A DNA stretch of 64,000 nucleotides, taken from assembly GCA_052426225.1 (NCBI GenBank), contig JBNJNM010000011.1, positions 3,348,001 to 3,412,000 on the forward strand, given 5' to 3'. The notes below the pieces were generated by a model. That model was not told where the DNA came from, ran no database searches, and was given only the letters and a program-made list of their open reading frames with translations. Of this stretch, positions 62,514 to 64,000 are shown in pieces. The DNA is from Zancudomyces culisetae HAW-14-8 (Eukaryota; Fungi; Kickxellomycota). A program made the position numbers and the translations under genes. The first letter of the stretch is position 1; each line of letters begins with the position of its first letter.

Positions 62514-64000
62514 ATGAGGACAAACTATCAGGGAGACTTGGTACAGGCTCCAAAGCAGTATGCGAAAAGAAAAAAGAAGAACAAACCTCATGTAGCAAAG
62601 ACAGTTGTCTTGAAACGTATATACAATCTTTCCTTTGGTAAAGTGGAAAGAGCTCTTTGGTGCCTCGACAATTTATTGGTGCCTCAAACAATTAAAGAGT
62701 TTGAGAAGCTTAATCTTGATGTAGTTGACATAATTTTCAAGGATAAAAAACAAGCATATACAAAAAAAGTTATACTCAAGAGATACGAGGCAAAAAGGCT
62801 CGAGGCACTCAAGAAAAGGAGTAAGAATCTGAAAGCCGAGGGAAAAGGAAAGAGATATGACGAAGTTAAAGAGCCATTTGTACAGGAGAATGGTGGTAAG
62901 GAAAACGTGGAATCTTTTAAGCACGAAGAGGAGGCTCTCTATGGTAAGCGGAAAAGAAGAAACACAGTGAATGAAATGGATAGTAAGCGAAGTAAAATGG
63001 TGAAGGAATTTGGTGAAGCAGAGATGGTTGGTGAGGAAGAGATGGTTGGTGAAGACATTGCAGAATCGTACCAATATGTGGACAGAGTGATTTCAAGACT
63101 ACCAGTTATATACGATCAGGATACGTCTTTTTATTTTATCGATGATAAGTACAAGTTTGTCTTTGTGATCGACATTAGCGAGAGCATGACTGTGCTGGAT
63201 ATGGTTACTGGGAGTAGATTGCTTGATATTGCATTAGAAACGTAAGTTTTTTTTTGGATTCTTTTTATATATGTGTACGAAGTTAATGTATTCATGACAG
63301 TTGGTGGGAGAGGGGGTTGTAGTGATAAGTATTTTTAGAATGAATAACGATCAAGTATTGTTTTAATTTAATGAAAAAAGTTAATACAATAATGGAAATG
63401 GGAATGAAATTTTTAGGTTGGAAAAATGCTTGAATGGTGTGACACAGCCATACACGTTAGAGCCAAAGGTAGGATTCAAGCCGTTTGGATGTGAACCAAA
63501 GATCATAGCATCTATAGTGGCATATTATCCAACAGAAAAGGCAAGGAGACAGGGACTTGGGAAAAGGTTTAAGGAAAACACACGGTACGAAAGGAGAGAA
63601 ATTCCTTATTTTAGGACACTTGTGCACTCAGAGTACATAGTAGTAGGAAATGTTGGGAAAATAATGGAAAAGGTACTGCAAAATCTGAGTGACTATATAG
63701 AGGAAATAATTGAGCTAAGGGAAAAGAATAGTGACGTAGTAGTGGGGAGTGATGAAAATGAAGGAGGACCAGAGGGACCAGGGAAACCAGGGGATCTAGG
63801 AATTTCAGATGGACTAGAAAAGGCTGTGAAAGAGTCACAAATTTCAGAGTCAATACAATTGGCAGAATATTATCTGGAACTACTGGTGAACACATATCCT
63901 GCTGGAGTGGTACTGATTATGGACGGGGTGGAAAGTTCAGATTTTGATGTGCGCAAGATATTTGAGTCTGTGGGATTTTTTGTGGAGAGTGAGATAAACC
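62514..64000 (+). CDS. SZT2: SZT2 (KICSTOR scaffold) homologue, 5' part; exons 62514..63241, 63417..>64000
   Basis: KVERALWCLDNL; KYKFVFVIDISESMTVLDMVTGSRLLDIALETLEKCLNGVTQPY; EPKIIASIVAY; RTLVHSEYI; YLELLVNTYPAGVVLIMDGV: same order as the SZT2 N-terminal blocks (Y..V..LDLSPS...DD.TG...L..CL.GL..PF; P.IYVT..AY; VLVQG; LQLLP....AGIIVITDGV). Confidence 0.8.

Overview
AT-rich eukaryotic genomic DNA with short GT-AG introns (GTAAGT donors, CTAAC/TTAAC-type branch points, TAG acceptors) and fungal-type genes. The gene content (SZT2, PUF60, RPAIN, AAGAB/IRC6, ECD, secreted thermolabile-hemolysin-type GDSL protein) suggests an early-diverging fungus, plausibly a Kickxellomycotina/Harpellales insect-gut fungus (inference, not proven). 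About 22 protein-coding genes were reconstructed by hand by joining ORF fragments across splice sites: ERG24 (3' part), a trihelix Myb/SANT protein, two tandem highly diverged 14-3-3-like genes, RPAIN-like, PHF5A/RDS3, URN1/TCERG1-like, OAC1, C1D/RRP47, histone H3, ETP1/BRAP2, NAB2/ZC3H14, ketopantoate reductase, GDSL lipase with a Gly-Ala-Val tail, AAGAB/IRC6, NPR3, MBP1/SWI4-like, ECD/SGT1, calmodulin-like, a PX-BAR sorting nexin, a HAD phosphatase, PUF60 and SZT2 (5' part). Most notable: (1) an intronless tandem pair of 14-3-3-fold proteins with a remodelled phosphopeptide groove; (2) a fungal SZT2 (KICSTOR) 22 kb from GATOR1 subunit NPR3; (3) a secreted SGNH hydrolase fused to a silk/elastin-like repeat; (4) a 35-nt overlap of two convergent coding sequences; (5) a GC-AG intron; (6) an MCB cluster upstream of the MBF-type gene. 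No tRNA, rRNA, snRNA or CRISPR array was recognised. All family assignments come from motif recognition by eye, not database searches.
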